64,000 nt of DNA, taken from positions 2,464,001 to 2,528,000 of the forward strand of contig OZ242318.1 in NCBI GenBank assembly GCA_965208105.1, written 5' to 3'. The stretch's first letter is position 1. Every line of letters begins with the position of its first letter. A program made the position numbers and the translations under genes. The notes beneath the pieces are model-generated. The model was given only the letters and a program-made list of their open reading frames with translations, was not told the DNA's origin and did not search any database. Positions 28,751 through 38,088 of this stretch are shown one piece after another. This DNA is from Candidatus Latescibacterota bacterium. GTDB lineage: Bacteria; Latescibacterota; UBA2968; UBA8231.

Positions 28751-28795
28751 TATAGGTAAAATGAGGCACCTTTTTGGCCCTCTTGTCAAGGCGCC
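28751..28795 (-). mobile_element. ISCR/IS91-like remnant R2 (45-bp oriIS stub)
   Basis: TATAGGTAAAATGAGGCACCTTTTTGGCCCTCTTGTCAAGGCGCC. Confidence 0.75.
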
Positions 28796-28903
28796 TAGCG
28801 CGTCGATGAGCGTGTCTTGCAACAGGTGGAGCTGCTGATTGAGTACACGTAACCGCCGATGCCCGTCGGCGGACAGATGTAGAAGCAGGAGGCGCGGTTT
28901 CAC

Positions 28904-29461
28904 TTACCGGATCCGCTTCTCGAAACGAGCGAACCAGCGCTTCGTCGGGTGTTCTCCCAAAGGCTCGAACCCGCCATCCACGTAGTACTGCCGGAGCCTG
29001 TCGTTCGCAGCCATGCAGTCCAACCTTACGAATTCCTTCCCTTGACCGTGCGCAAGCTCCGCGACCTTCCGCAGTATTTGGTAGCCAAGCTGCTTTCCCG
29101 AAAACCGTCGCAGCACGGCCAGTCCGCTGACATACAGCGCTTCGCCGCGCCTGTCAGTCCACATATCACCGCCGTCCGTGCTGATCCGCAACACGCCGAC
29201 TGGTTCCGTCTGGCCTTGAACAATGTGCAGTTCTCCTGAGTCAATCCACTGATGCACTTCCGGTTCGGGCACCTGACGGGACCATTGTCCTCGGATCCCT
29301 TTGACATCGTGGAGCCAAGCACTCACATCGTTGTAGATCTGCGCCACCAGGGCGGAATGCTCAGAAAGAGCCGGACGGAAGCTCAGGCTCGTTTGATGTG
29401 GTCTTGCGCTATCAGCCAAGTCTACAGCAGTCTCAGATAGACGCCCTTGGCGATGCGCCAC
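28904..29461 (-). CDS. GNAT family acetyltransferase (start uncertain)
   Basis: LYVSGLAVLRRFSGKQLG, VRLDC..NDRLRQYY..GF. Confidence 0.85.
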   Translation of the reverse strand: MAHRQGRLSETAVDLADSARPHQTSLSFRPALSEHSALVAQIYNDVSAWLHDVKGIRGQWSRQVPEPEVHQWIDSGELHIVQGQTEPVGVLRISTDGGDMWTDRRGEALYVSGLAVLRRFSGKQLGYQILRKVAELAHGQGKEFVRLDCMAANDRLRQYYVDGGFEPLGEHPTKRWFARFEKRIR

Positions 29462-29467
29462 GGGCGT

Positions 29468-30460
29468 TCAGCCGGCCCCAAGGGCCGGCCACGGCACGGA
29501 TACGCCAAGCGGTCTGGCGATCTCTTCGAGTAGGCGACAGGTCTCCGTGGCCAGCGGGATCCCCTCTCGTTGGTAAGCCTGCTGTCTCTCGGCCTCGAGC
29601 ATGCCCGGCAGCAGGGCCCGATCCGTTCCCGGCATGGGACGCATCTGCGTGCACATCTCACCGACGAAGCGGTCCACTACCCCACCGAATTCAGACGCGG
29701 AGGTGAAGTGCTCGACGTCGATCGCCAGCACGAAGGCGCCGATGCCGGCGGCCGGCCAGGCAGGGTCAGCCTCCCGCGTGTAGCGGAGCATCTGCCCGCT
29801 CAGGCCGTCCCCGAGCAGCTTGGCTACCACCGTGAAGCCCAGACTCATGAAGAAGGCGGACGGCACCCGCTCGAACAGATCGAGATGCTGTTCTCGAAAG
29901 AGATTGGCGCAGCCGTCGACGATGATGGGCGGCCGGTCGCCGGCGGGGATGGCAAAGCTGATGGGACGGGAGCCCCACAGGGCGATGGGCAGGTCCGGGA
30001 AGTCGAAACCGGAGACGAGCCCTTGAACGGAGAAGCCGATACAGCCCGCCTCCGCACACATGCTCGTATATTGGCTGGCGGAGCCGTAGTGGCCTATGTG
30101 CTGCAGAGATCCGGCAGCCACCCCGCGATCCCGCGCCTTGCCGATGATGGTCTCGGTGACGCTCGCCGTCGGCACGTATCCGTAGCCGCCGTCACCGTCG
30201 ACGACGATCATCGCCTCTTCCTCGCACACGACCTGCACGGATGGTGCGGGATTGACCGTGCCCGCCCTCAAGTCCCTCACATAGCGCTCCAGCAACGGGG
30301 CGCCGTGGCTGTGGATTCCCCGTAGATCGGCCCACGTCAGGCGCGCGGCGATATGCTCTGCCTGTGCGTCCTCCAGGCCACAGGCCTCGAGACAGCTCTC
30401 CCCGAACTCCCGGTGAGCATCGGCTTCGACGCGGATGAAATCGACGGGCGGTTGATTCAT
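29468..30460 (-). CDS. Ldh_2 family (malate/L-lactate/sulfolactate dehydrogenase-like) oxidoreductase
   Basis: ADLRGIHSHG, VDGDGGYG, HYG, PISFAIP, LPG. Confidence 0.85.
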   Translation of the reverse strand: MNQPPVDFIRVEADAHREFGESCLEACGLEDAQAEHIAARLTWADLRGIHSHGAPLLERYVRDLRAGTVNPAPSVQVVCEEEAMIVVDGDGGYGYVPTASVTETIIGKARDRGVAAGSLQHIGHYGSASQYTSMCAEAGCIGFSVQGLVSGFDFPDLPIALWGSRPISFAIPAGDRPPIIVDGCANLFREQHLDLFERVPSAFFMSLGFTVVAKLLGDGLSGQMLRYTREADPAWPAAGIGAFVLAIDVEHFTSASEFGGVVDRFVGEMCTQMRPMPGTDRALLPGMLEAERQQAYQREGIPLATETCRLLEEIARPLGVSVPWPALGAG

Positions 30461-30597
30461 CGTCTACTCGTTGGGGCCGAGTGGGGCACGTTACCAGTTC
30501 GTTGGTTGGACATCCGGGAACGGCTCTCCTCTCCCATCACAGGTTTGATACCGACATCACTGCGGTGGCCGCCACCTCGGACCTGGTATCCGGAGGG

Positions 30598-30700
30598 TCA
30601 TGCCGAGGCCACCGTGAGCTCCCGCATCCTGTCCTCCGTCCAGCACCATGCCGAGTCCCGGACCTTCTGGCGGATACAGGTGGCTCTCCTCAGCCCGAAG
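30598..30700 (-). pseudogene. 3' fragment of an enolase-superfamily gene
   Basis: LRAEESHLYPPEGPGLGMVLD then frameshifted EDRMRELTVASA*; begins at the R3 oriIS junction. Confidence 0.55.
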
Positions 30701-30980
30701 TATAGGTAAAATGAGGCACCTTTTTTGCCCTCTTGTCAATGCGCCGAACACACCCAAGGGGCAGGGTAAGCTTGCAGATGATCGTTTGCATGGTCGTTTG
30801 ACAGGGCTCGCAGTACGGTTTGGTTGTCTGTGGGCCCCTAGCGGGTCCCATCCGACCACGGCGTTTTGAGCGCAAAGCAAAGCCGCTGCGAAGCGAGGAG
30901 GCGCAGGCGCCCTGAGGCCAGGGGCGGCCTGGCCACGTAGCGGCACAAGCGTTCGAGTCCTCGCCGGTCCCGGCCCGCGA
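30701..30980 (-). mobile_element. ISCR/IS91-like remnant R3 (oriIS end fused to a transposase fragment)
   Basis: Conserved end joined to a sequence encoding GRDRRGLERLCRYVARPPLASGRL...LKTPWSDGTR. Confidence 0.85.
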
Positions 30981-31110
30981 GGCGCAACCTCAAATCAGCG
31001 GACCGGGTGCCCGAGGTGGTTCCAGCGGATGGAAAATCTGGCAAGAGCTAGTCACGTCCCTGTCCATTGCGGGTCTTTCAGGTCAAACTCCCGTACTTGG
31101 AGCGATCGCT

Positions 31111-32601
31111 TTGACTGACATCTCACAACAGACCGCGGCGCTAGTGACTGCTGCCATCGACGGCGACGAGGCCTCATTCACCCGCCTGGTCGAAAACCAC
31201 AAGGACGCGGTCTTCGCAATCGCCCTGTCTCGGACAGGCGATTTCGACGCGGCCGGCGACATTGCCCAGGAGGTGTTCCTGCGCGCCTACCTCGGACTCG
31301 ACCGCCTAAAGGATCCGGCCCTGTTTTCAGGCTGGTTGCGAACGATAGTGGAAAACCGCTGCCGCACCTGGGTAGACCGGCGGCGACGCCAACCAGCGCG
31401 GGAGGTCTTCGATTCCACTGCTCCCCACTTGGCGGGCGACGATGCCCCGGACCGTGATCTCCGGCGCGCCGAGCGCCGCCGGGTCGTGCTGGATGCCATC
31501 GAGCGGCTGACGCCGAACACCCGGGAGACCATTGTCCTCCACTACCTGGAAGGAGTGCCGACCCCACAACTGGCGACCTTGCTGAGTATTTCCGAGGCGG
31601 CAGTGCGCCAACGTCTGCATCGAGGCCGCGAACAAATGAGAAGAGAGGTGACCCACATGATCGATGAAACCCTGCAGGACGAATCCCCAGGCGACACCTT
31701 TGCCGCCGAGCTGGAGAACCTGCTAGCCCGCAGTCGCACCCGCTTCGGTGGCGTGCGCTACCGCGATGCCGTGAGCGACCTGGAGCGCGCCGCCCAGTTG
31801 AAACCGGACGATCCAACGACGGCCCTGCTGATCGCCGATGCCTATACTTTTGCCCGCCCGCCGGAAGAGCTTGCGGAACAGCCGCGGGATGCCAGGCGGG
31901 CGATCGAGGTCCTCGACGAGGCCATCGCCAAGACCGACGGGAAAGACCGCCTGGTTTTGCGGCTCAAGCGGGCCTCTGTGAAAGCTGCGCAGGCGTTTGC
32001 CGGAGAGACCGGCTCGAGGATGCTGGCAGTGCTGAAAGAGAATCGCACCCTGCTCAAGGAAGCGGAGAAGACGACCCTGGAGCCCGTCGCCGTGATGGAG
32101 CTCGCCCGCCGCTGCGTCTTCGCCGGCCAGTCCGCAGAAGCAGTCGAGCTCTACGAGCGCCTGGGAAAGGAGAAGGGTTGGGAGAGCCTGATGCTGTCGG
32201 AGATCGGGATGGCCAAGGCGTCCAGCGGTGATGTGAGCGGCGCGATCGCAAGCTTCGAACACGCGGTCGCTTCCACCACCCAGGCCACCATGAAAGCTCT
32301 CAACGACGCCTACCGCGCAGCCCTCGGCGACGCCTACTGGTCATTCTGGGGGTCGGTGGAGATTCTCGAGGTCCGCCAGTGCCAGAACCACGCCTGGCTG
32401 GCCGGCCTGCGCACCGGGATGGGCGAGGCAGAGCGCGGCCACGCCCATCTGCGCAGCGCCGTCGAGCTGCTCGATAGCGAGGCAATGTCTCCGATGCGCG
32501 CCGTCCTGGCGCCGGAGATGGTGCGGCGTTTCGATCAGATGTTCCCGTTCCTCAGCGATGCGCCCGAACTGCAGACCCTGCGCGAGGAGTGGTTGGAGTG
32601 A
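31111..32601 (+). CDS. ECF sigma-70 factor with C-terminal TPR-like extension
   Basis: GDEASFTRLV, DIAQEVFLRAY, FSGWLRTI, region 4 IVLHYLEG..LATLLSISEAAVRQRLHRGR; helical repeats follow. Confidence 0.9.
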   Translation: MTDISQQTAALVTAAIDGDEASFTRLVENHKDAVFAIALSRTGDFDAAGDIAQEVFLRAYLGLDRLKDPALFSGWLRTIVENRCRTWVDRRRRQPAREVFDSTAPHLAGDDAPDRDLRRAERRRVVLDAIERLTPNTRETIVLHYLEGVPTPQLATLLSISEAAVRQRLHRGREQMRREVTHMIDETLQDESPGDTFAAELENLLARSRTRFGGVRYRDAVSDLERAAQLKPDDPTTALLIADAYTFARPPEELAEQPRDARRAIEVLDEAIAKTDGKDRLVLRLKRASVKAAQAFAGETGSRMLAVLKENRTLLKEAEKTTLEPVAVMELARRCVFAGQSAEAVELYERLGKEKGWESLMLSEIGMAKASSGDVSGAIASFEHAVASTTQATMKALNDAYRAALGDAYWSFWGSVEILEVRQCQNHAWLAGLRTGMGEAERGHAHLRSAVELLDSEAMSPMRAVLAPEMVRRFDQMFPFLSDAPELQTLREEWLE

Positions 32602-32634
32602 GGCGCGCCTCGCCGGTCAGGGCCCGCGATCCGC

Positions 32635-32724
32635 GAGTCCTTGGCCGGCAAAAAGGTAGTTGGCATCTTCAGCGGTGGGAACGCGCCCGCCGACCACTTA
32701 GCGAGGATTTTGCAAAATGTCTAA
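32635..32724 (+). pseudogene. 3' fragment of a threonine/serine dehydratase-like gene
   Basis: ESLAGKKVVGIFSGGNAPADHLARILQNV*; its stop overlaps the next start. Confidence 0.55.
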
Positions 32725-34408
32725 ACAACCCAAGCGCAAAAAGAGCCGTCGCCGGGGTGCCACCGCGCGCGCCAACGCCGAGTTCGGCGCACACATGGCA
32801 TCGCTGGGCCTAGAGGCCATTGAATCCTATAAGGTCTGGTGCCGTCAGCACGGATTTAGCGCGGCTCTGAGCAAGACTTGGCAGGAGCGGCGGCAAGAGC
32901 GCGCCGCGCACCAGCACGACCAACAGGCCGCCCAAGCCGAAGAAGCCGTGCGGCAACACGTCGCACAACTAGGGCTAGACGAGGTGGCCGCCTACCAAGC
33001 GTGGTGTCGGCAACAGGGGCTCGGCGACGCCATCCACAAAAGCGACGCCCAGCGCAGCAAGGAGGTCAAGCTCCACCAGCAGATCCAGAGCACCCAAGCC
33101 CTACACAAGGGCCGCAAGCACAGCCGGCGCACCAAAGACATCATTCACCAACTCTGGGCCGGAGCCATCGCCGAGAAAGAGCTGCGCACCGAGGTCTTGC
33201 GCCTAATCCATCGGGCCTTTGTCAGTTTGGCCGGCGACCAGCGGGCACAGCTACGGGATTTGCTCTTGCACGTAGAGAAACGGGCGTCCAGCCTGCTCGA
33301 CGCGCGTCCAGCCCTCCAGCGCTTGGGACGAGTGGAGGGCAATACCTTCGTCGAGGCCATCGGCGCTTTGGCTCGGCACAACGACGCGTGGCAGCAGGTG
33401 CCGTCCGAGTGGAAGCCAGACAGCCGCAACCCTCGGCGACAATTCGCCACACTGGTCCGATTCCTATTGGCCCGCTACGACGTGCCGTCCTGCTTGGATT
33501 CGGCGTGGTTCGGCGGCTGGGACAAAGAGGCCCAACGCCAGCAGGGATGGTTCGTCCACGTGGGCAGCGGGCAGAACATCCGCACGGCCGACCTGCCGCT
33601 CGTGCTCTCCAAGCGCATGGCGCACGTCTTTGCCGAGGCACCGAGCGAACTGACGGCGACCGAGGCCCTGCGCTGGGCGCAAGTGATGGGACAGGAAGGC
33701 AGCGATGCACTCGCGCAGGCAGTAATAGCCACGGAATTGGGTCGCAATTTCGCGGACGAATCCTTCTGGAGCACAGTCGTACTCTTCCTCGTCGAAAACC
33801 CCATGCTCGACCCGGACATGGTGGGGCCAATCGTCGATTATATCAACCATCAGAAGTACGTCCCCACAGAGGAAGGCGAGCCACCCCAACCCAACTACAC
33901 CATGAAGGGACGCAGCGCAGTCAAGCTCCTGCGCCAAGTCGAGGAATGGCACGAGCGCTTAGCCCGCGATAACCGCCAGCCTGGGGGAAGTTGGGAGGCG
34001 TCGGGCATAGCGGGATTTGAGTGGGAAGACGACAAAGAGGAAGGGTTGCGTTGGACTATCCGCGAGTTGACTTCCAAGAGAGACCTCACGCTCGAAGGAC
34101 GGGCGATGAAACACTGCGTCGCCTCCTATGTATCCAACTGTCGGCGGGGCAGCAAGTCGGTGTGGTCAATGCAGGTGGCCGATCCAGAGGGCTACAGCGC
34201 CCGCGTGGCGACGATCGCCATACACAATCCGAGCCGCAACATCGTCGAGGTGCGGGGGCGTTTCAACGCCGTGCCACGGCAGTCGGGAAAAAATCCAAAA
34301 AACAAGACATTGGAACGGCCTTATCGAGAGCTGCTGGCGCGCTCTGGTGCTATGTTGCGGAAGTGGATTGAGGCCGAAGAGTTGGGGCGGACGACGCGGG
34401 CGTACTAG
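32717..34408 (+). CDS. PcfJ-domain protein
   Basis: C-terminal WTIRELTS..DLTLEGRAMKHCVASY...ATIAI...IVEVRGRFN; N-terminal twice-repeated LGLxxxxxYxxWCRQxG motif. Confidence 0.8.
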   Translation: MSKQPKRKKSRRRGATARANAEFGAHMASLGLEAIESYKVWCRQHGFSAALSKTWQERRQERAAHQHDQQAAQAEEAVRQHVAQLGLDEVAAYQAWCRQQGLGDAIHKSDAQRSKEVKLHQQIQSTQALHKGRKHSRRTKDIIHQLWAGAIAEKELRTEVLRLIHRAFVSLAGDQRAQLRDLLLHVEKRASSLLDARPALQRLGRVEGNTFVEAIGALARHNDAWQQVPSEWKPDSRNPRRQFATLVRFLLARYDVPSCLDSAWFGGWDKEAQRQQGWFVHVGSGQNIRTADLPLVLSKRMAHVFAEAPSELTATEALRWAQVMGQEGSDALAQAVIATELGRNFADESFWSTVVLFLVENPMLDPDMVGPIVDYINHQKYVPTEEGEPPQPNYTMKGRSAVKLLRQVEEWHERLARDNRQPGGSWEASGIAGFEWEDDKEEGLRWTIRELTSKRDLTLEGRAMKHCVASYVSNCRRGSKSVWSMQVADPEGYSARVATIAIHNPSRNIVEVRGRFNAVPRQSGKNPKNKTLERPYRELLARSGAMLRKWIEAEELGRTTRAY

Positions 34409-34629
34409 GCGGGCGCACGTTGCATCTGGAGTGGCATTGACGCGCAGTTGCTTTTTGGGGCGCTAGGATTCGCTCAGGATACGCCTTGATCTCGATTATT
34501 CCAAGCGTTCTTCGCTCACGATCTTTGCCATGGACCCTTTAAACTTAGATGTGATTCTGAGCACTGCCTCCATCGAGGCCGGGGCCTTCCCCTCCCGCAG
34601 TGTCCGCGCCAGAATGTGGTTGAGCGAAG

Positions 34630-34939
34630 TATAGGTAAAATGAGGCACCTTTTTGGCCCTCTTGTCAATGCGCCGAACACACCCAAGGGGCAGGGTAAGC
34701 TTGCTGATGATCGTTTGCAGGTCGTTTGTCAGGGCTCGCAGTACAGTTTGGTTGTCTGTGGGCCCCTAGTGCGCTGTTAATGAGTCGGCATTGAGTTTTA
34801 GACCTTGGCCAGTGATACCACGAAGAAAGAAAAATTACAAGTCTGAATACTTAACAGCGCACTAGCGGGTCCAATCCGGTACTCGATGAGGCCGTTCAGG
34901 ACGCACTTCTCCCTACGGCTCACGGCGCCGGGAGCGAAT
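34630..34939 (-). mobile_element. ISCR/IS91-like remnant R4 (oriIS end) carrying a nested MITE
   Basis: Same conserved end, interrupted at GGCCCCTAGCGGG. Confidence 0.85.
34769..34862. mobile_element. 94-bp IS630-derived MITE
   Basis: TIRs GTGCGCTGTTAA/TTAACAGCGCAC, TA duplication in a CTAG site; both subterminal ~30 bp resemble the ends of the IS630 at 43551-44706. Confidence 0.9.
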
Positions 34940-34949
34940 GGAGGGGAGG

Positions 34950-35285
34950 GCAGGCCGCGGCTGGAGGCTGGATTCCGAGCCCTTCATCATAATGGCTCGC
35001 AAGGGATGCGGTGGACATGGCCTTCACGGCTACACCAGTCGCCACTTCGACGGAGCTCAGTGCTACACTTTTACAAACGGTCAGTTCCGATTCTGCAGCT
35101 ACTCACCGAGTATCTACGAGACGGAAATGCCGGAATGGTTCGACGAACCCACCGAGGTTCAGAAAGCGGTTCTGGAATCACCTTACGTGCATAGCAGACC
35201 CCTGATAGAGGATGACGTCGAAACACTGGTCCGTCCCGGTGCGGAACCCAAGGACCACATTCCTCGCAAGCGCCACGAATTCTAG
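34950..35285 (+). pseudogene. Internally deleted PhyH-like dioxygenase remnant
   Basis: GRGWRLD...GHGLHG...YTFTNGQFR joined directly to a C-terminal YSP...PEW...QKAVLESPY segment; no 5' end. Confidence 0.45.
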
Positions 35286-35356
35286 GTAGGGAAATCCTCG
35301 CCCCGACGCGGGTTGACTCGCTGCTTTATTCTCCGCACCGCCACGAATTCTTGCCG

Positions 35357-37318
35357 CTAATAGACGCGTATATGATTGCCTCTCATGCCCGTAAACGCGT
35401 CCACCAGCAGCCAGAAACCCGCCGCCACGAACTGGCCCAGGATAATCCCTATAAAAAACGGCTTGGTTCGTTCGTAGAGCGAAGGTCCGCCGTACTTCAA
35501 CACCGCTAGCTTGATCAGCCACGCGCACAGCGTCGACATCCAGGTGGCGGTCAAGACCCACGAGGTACTGATGGCGAAGCCGACGGGATGGAAAGGCCAC
35601 CAGGCAAAGGTGTGGCGCGCGATCATCAAGCCGGCCATGACCGCTGCCCCGATTCCTGACCAGATCCACCCATATACGTTGGCCTCCGGGGCGCCACCGA
35701 TCGCGACTTCGGCGTAGCGGGGCGCCGACCGCGAGTAGACCTGATAGTATCTGCCATTGAGGTTGAGACCTCCGTGCTTGTAGCCCAGATAGATCCAAAA
35801 CCAGGTACCAGCCGCTATGGCAATCGCCGAAGCCGCCATGATGGCGATCGCCAAAGCCCGTCGACGCCGGGTGATCTCCGACCCCAGTCGTAGCGCGTTG
35901 GCCATAGGAGCAGTCATGAAGGTGAGAAAACCGCCGGCCCAAACCAGCGTGTAGCCCGCTGCCACTAAACCCTGCATGCCCAGTGCCGTCGCGCCGACGC
36001 TCGACATCACGAAGGTGGCCGGCCCCATGGAGGGCGTGATGGTGGGTATGCCGGTTTCGGCGATGACCCTCGCCAGTCCGATCATGATAACCAGGATGGC
36101 GAAGATGAAAATCGGCGCGATCCATGCTGGGAAACCCGTCTGCCACAACCAGACGAAGACGACAGCCGCGCCGCCCAGGAAGCAGAGTACGGCGCCCCGA
36201 TACGACATGATTTCCCGCGAGTCGTCCACCGGTGCATCGCTGTTCCAGGCCTTGCGAAAAACATCCTTGAGGTGGGACCGTGCGGTCCAGAGACCAAAGA
36301 GCACCATGACTATCAGGGCGCCCATCATCTGGTGGCCGAAGATGGAGCCGCTAACGGAGGCCCACCAGGGACCCATGCTTTGGTACGGATCTATTCCCAC
36401 GGTTGCGAAGAGACCTTGCTGGGCGAGCTTGAGGAGGTAGAAGAACCAGATGCTGAAGGCGACGCCGGTATTGATGAAGTAGGCAAAACCCAACATGAGA
36501 AAGTTGATACGAAGTTGGACCTCGACCTGTTCCCGAAAAATCATGAACTCGGCTTGTCCCATGAAGGGGGGAATCCAGGGGACATAGTTGTGCAGAATGT
36601 TGGTGCTGTTCATCAAAAAGGAGAAGAGGAAGCCGGCCCACACGACCGGATTCTTGAAGAACGGTTTGATGATCGAATTGGGCCTGCCATTGTCCTGTAC
36701 CATGGCCAGGGGCACCTGGGCCATGGGAAACGCCAGGCGCTCGTTATCCACCCACTGTCGCCGCAGGATCACCAAAGCGCTCAGCAACATGAGGTGGTAG
36801 GCAATAATGAGGACAAACCAACGCGACAGAACCGGCAGCCACAGGTGCCAGGGAATCCGGTCGACGTCCCCGCCGTAGTACAAATCGCTGACCGCCCGGT
36901 CATCGCTGAGCGCGAGCCAGTCCGGCCGTATCAGCTCGACGAGCTCCGTCCAGTTGTTTTCGGGGCTGGCGTAGAAGCTACTCCCCGTAACCCCGACCAC
37001 GAGCCTCCCCGAAACGCCGCGGTTGGGAATGTGCGTCGCCACCGCCATCATGCTGAAAATCAGTACGAGCTCCCCGGGGCGCAGATGCCAGTTTCGCTTC
37101 AGCAAGGTGAGCACCACCTGCACCGTCAGCACAAGGACGAAAAAGAGGATGAATGCGGCCGGCGTGCAGGAGCTGAGCCCGATGCGCGACCCATGGATGA
37201 CGTTGATGGTGTAAGGCAGGATCAGCGCGACACTCAGGGCTGAGAATGCGCCTATAACCAGGCTGCGCAGGGTGATCGCCCACCGGTCTGAACGGTGTGA
37301 TGAACCAGGAGTGCTCAC
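35357..37318 (-). CDS. Polytopic membrane protein, DUF6785/DUF6784-like (putative peptide/solute transporter)
   Basis: Many TM helices; RRQWVDNERLAFP, RVIAETG, WWPFHPVG, PFFIGIILG motifs. Confidence 0.75.
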   Translation of the reverse strand: MSTPGSSHRSDRWAITLRSLVIGAFSALSVALILPYTINVIHGSRIGLSSCTPAAFILFFVLVLTVQVVLTLLKRNWHLRPGELVLIFSMMAVATHIPNRGVSGRLVVGVTGSSFYASPENNWTELVELIRPDWLALSDDRAVSDLYYGGDVDRIPWHLWLPVLSRWFVLIIAYHLMLLSALVILRRQWVDNERLAFPMAQVPLAMVQDNGRPNSIIKPFFKNPVVWAGFLFSFLMNSTNILHNYVPWIPPFMGQAEFMIFREQVEVQLRINFLMLGFAYFINTGVAFSIWFFYLLKLAQQGLFATVGIDPYQSMGPWWASVSGSIFGHQMMGALIVMVLFGLWTARSHLKDVFRKAWNSDAPVDDSREIMSYRGAVLCFLGGAAVVFVWLWQTGFPAWIAPIFIFAILVIMIGLARVIAETGIPTITPSMGPATFVMSSVGATALGMQGLVAAGYTLVWAGGFLTFMTAPMANALRLGSEITRRRRALAIAIMAASAIAIAAGTWFWIYLGYKHGGLNLNGRYYQVYSRSAPRYAEVAIGGAPEANVYGWIWSGIGAAVMAGLMIARHTFAWWPFHPVGFAISTSWVLTATWMSTLCAWLIKLAVLKYGGPSLYERTKPFFIGIILGQFVAAGFWLLVDAFTGMRGNHIRVY

Positions 37319-37322
37319 GGAT

Positions 37323-37700
37323 CTAGATGGGCCGCCCGAACTCGGTGAAGCCAACCAGCGCGCGCAAGAAGAATTCCAGGACATTCACGTTCCGGTGGTC
37401 CCTGAAACCGCCTTCGTACTGCAGCTCGTCCCTGGCGACCACAACGATGGCCCATAGGTCGTAGCCGAAGTAGTGCGTGGAGTTGGTAAGGGTAAGGAAA
37501 AGCGTACTGCGCTCGAAACTCCTTCGATCGGAGGTGTCGTCGCGCATCCGGTACGGGAGCGGACCAAATCCCTGAACACCTGCCTGCAGCAGCGTCGTCG
37601 TCGGATTCCATGAACTCGTCGGCGATGTCGTCCACCGTCTGCCAGTACAAATAGTCGTTGCGCATACCGTTGAGATGGTGTCGCCAGAACATAATATCCG
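37323..37700 (-). pseudogene. Internally deleted third homolog of the large OM proteins
   Basis: HHLNGMRNDYLYWQTV, then DDIADEF, then TTLLQAGVQGFGPLPY...FFLRALVGFTEFGRPI*: three segments that lie far apart in proteins A and B. Confidence 0.75.
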
Positions 37701-37714
37701 TATGGAAAAATTCC

Positions 37715-38018
37715 AGGTAAAATGAGGCACCTTTTTGGCCCTCTTGTCAAGGCGCCGAACACACCCAAGGGGCAGGGTAAGCTTGCAGATGATCGTTTGC
37801 AGGTCGTTGGGCAGGGATCGCAGTAGGGTTGGGTTGTCTGTGGGCCCGTAGCGGGTCCCATCCGACCACGGCGTTTTGAGCGCAAAGCAAAGCCGCTGCG
37901 AAGCGAGGAGGCGCAGGCGCCCTGAAGCCAGGGGCGGCCTGGCCACGTAGCGGCACAAGCGTTCGAGTCCCCGCCGGTCCCGGCCCGCGATCCGCCTAGC
38001 CGCATGCAGCGAAAAGCC
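37715..38018 (-). mobile_element. ISCR/IS91-like remnant R5
   Basis: Conserved end lacking the terminal TAT, with the same internal junction as R3; encodes GFSLHAARRIAGRDRRGLERLCRYVARPP...DGTR. Confidence 0.85.
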
Positions 38019-38088
38019 GCGCGAAGGCCAAGTCCGGTAACTCCGCTGAAGCGGCCCGGCGACGCACCCGCTCTTCGTGACTGGCCGC

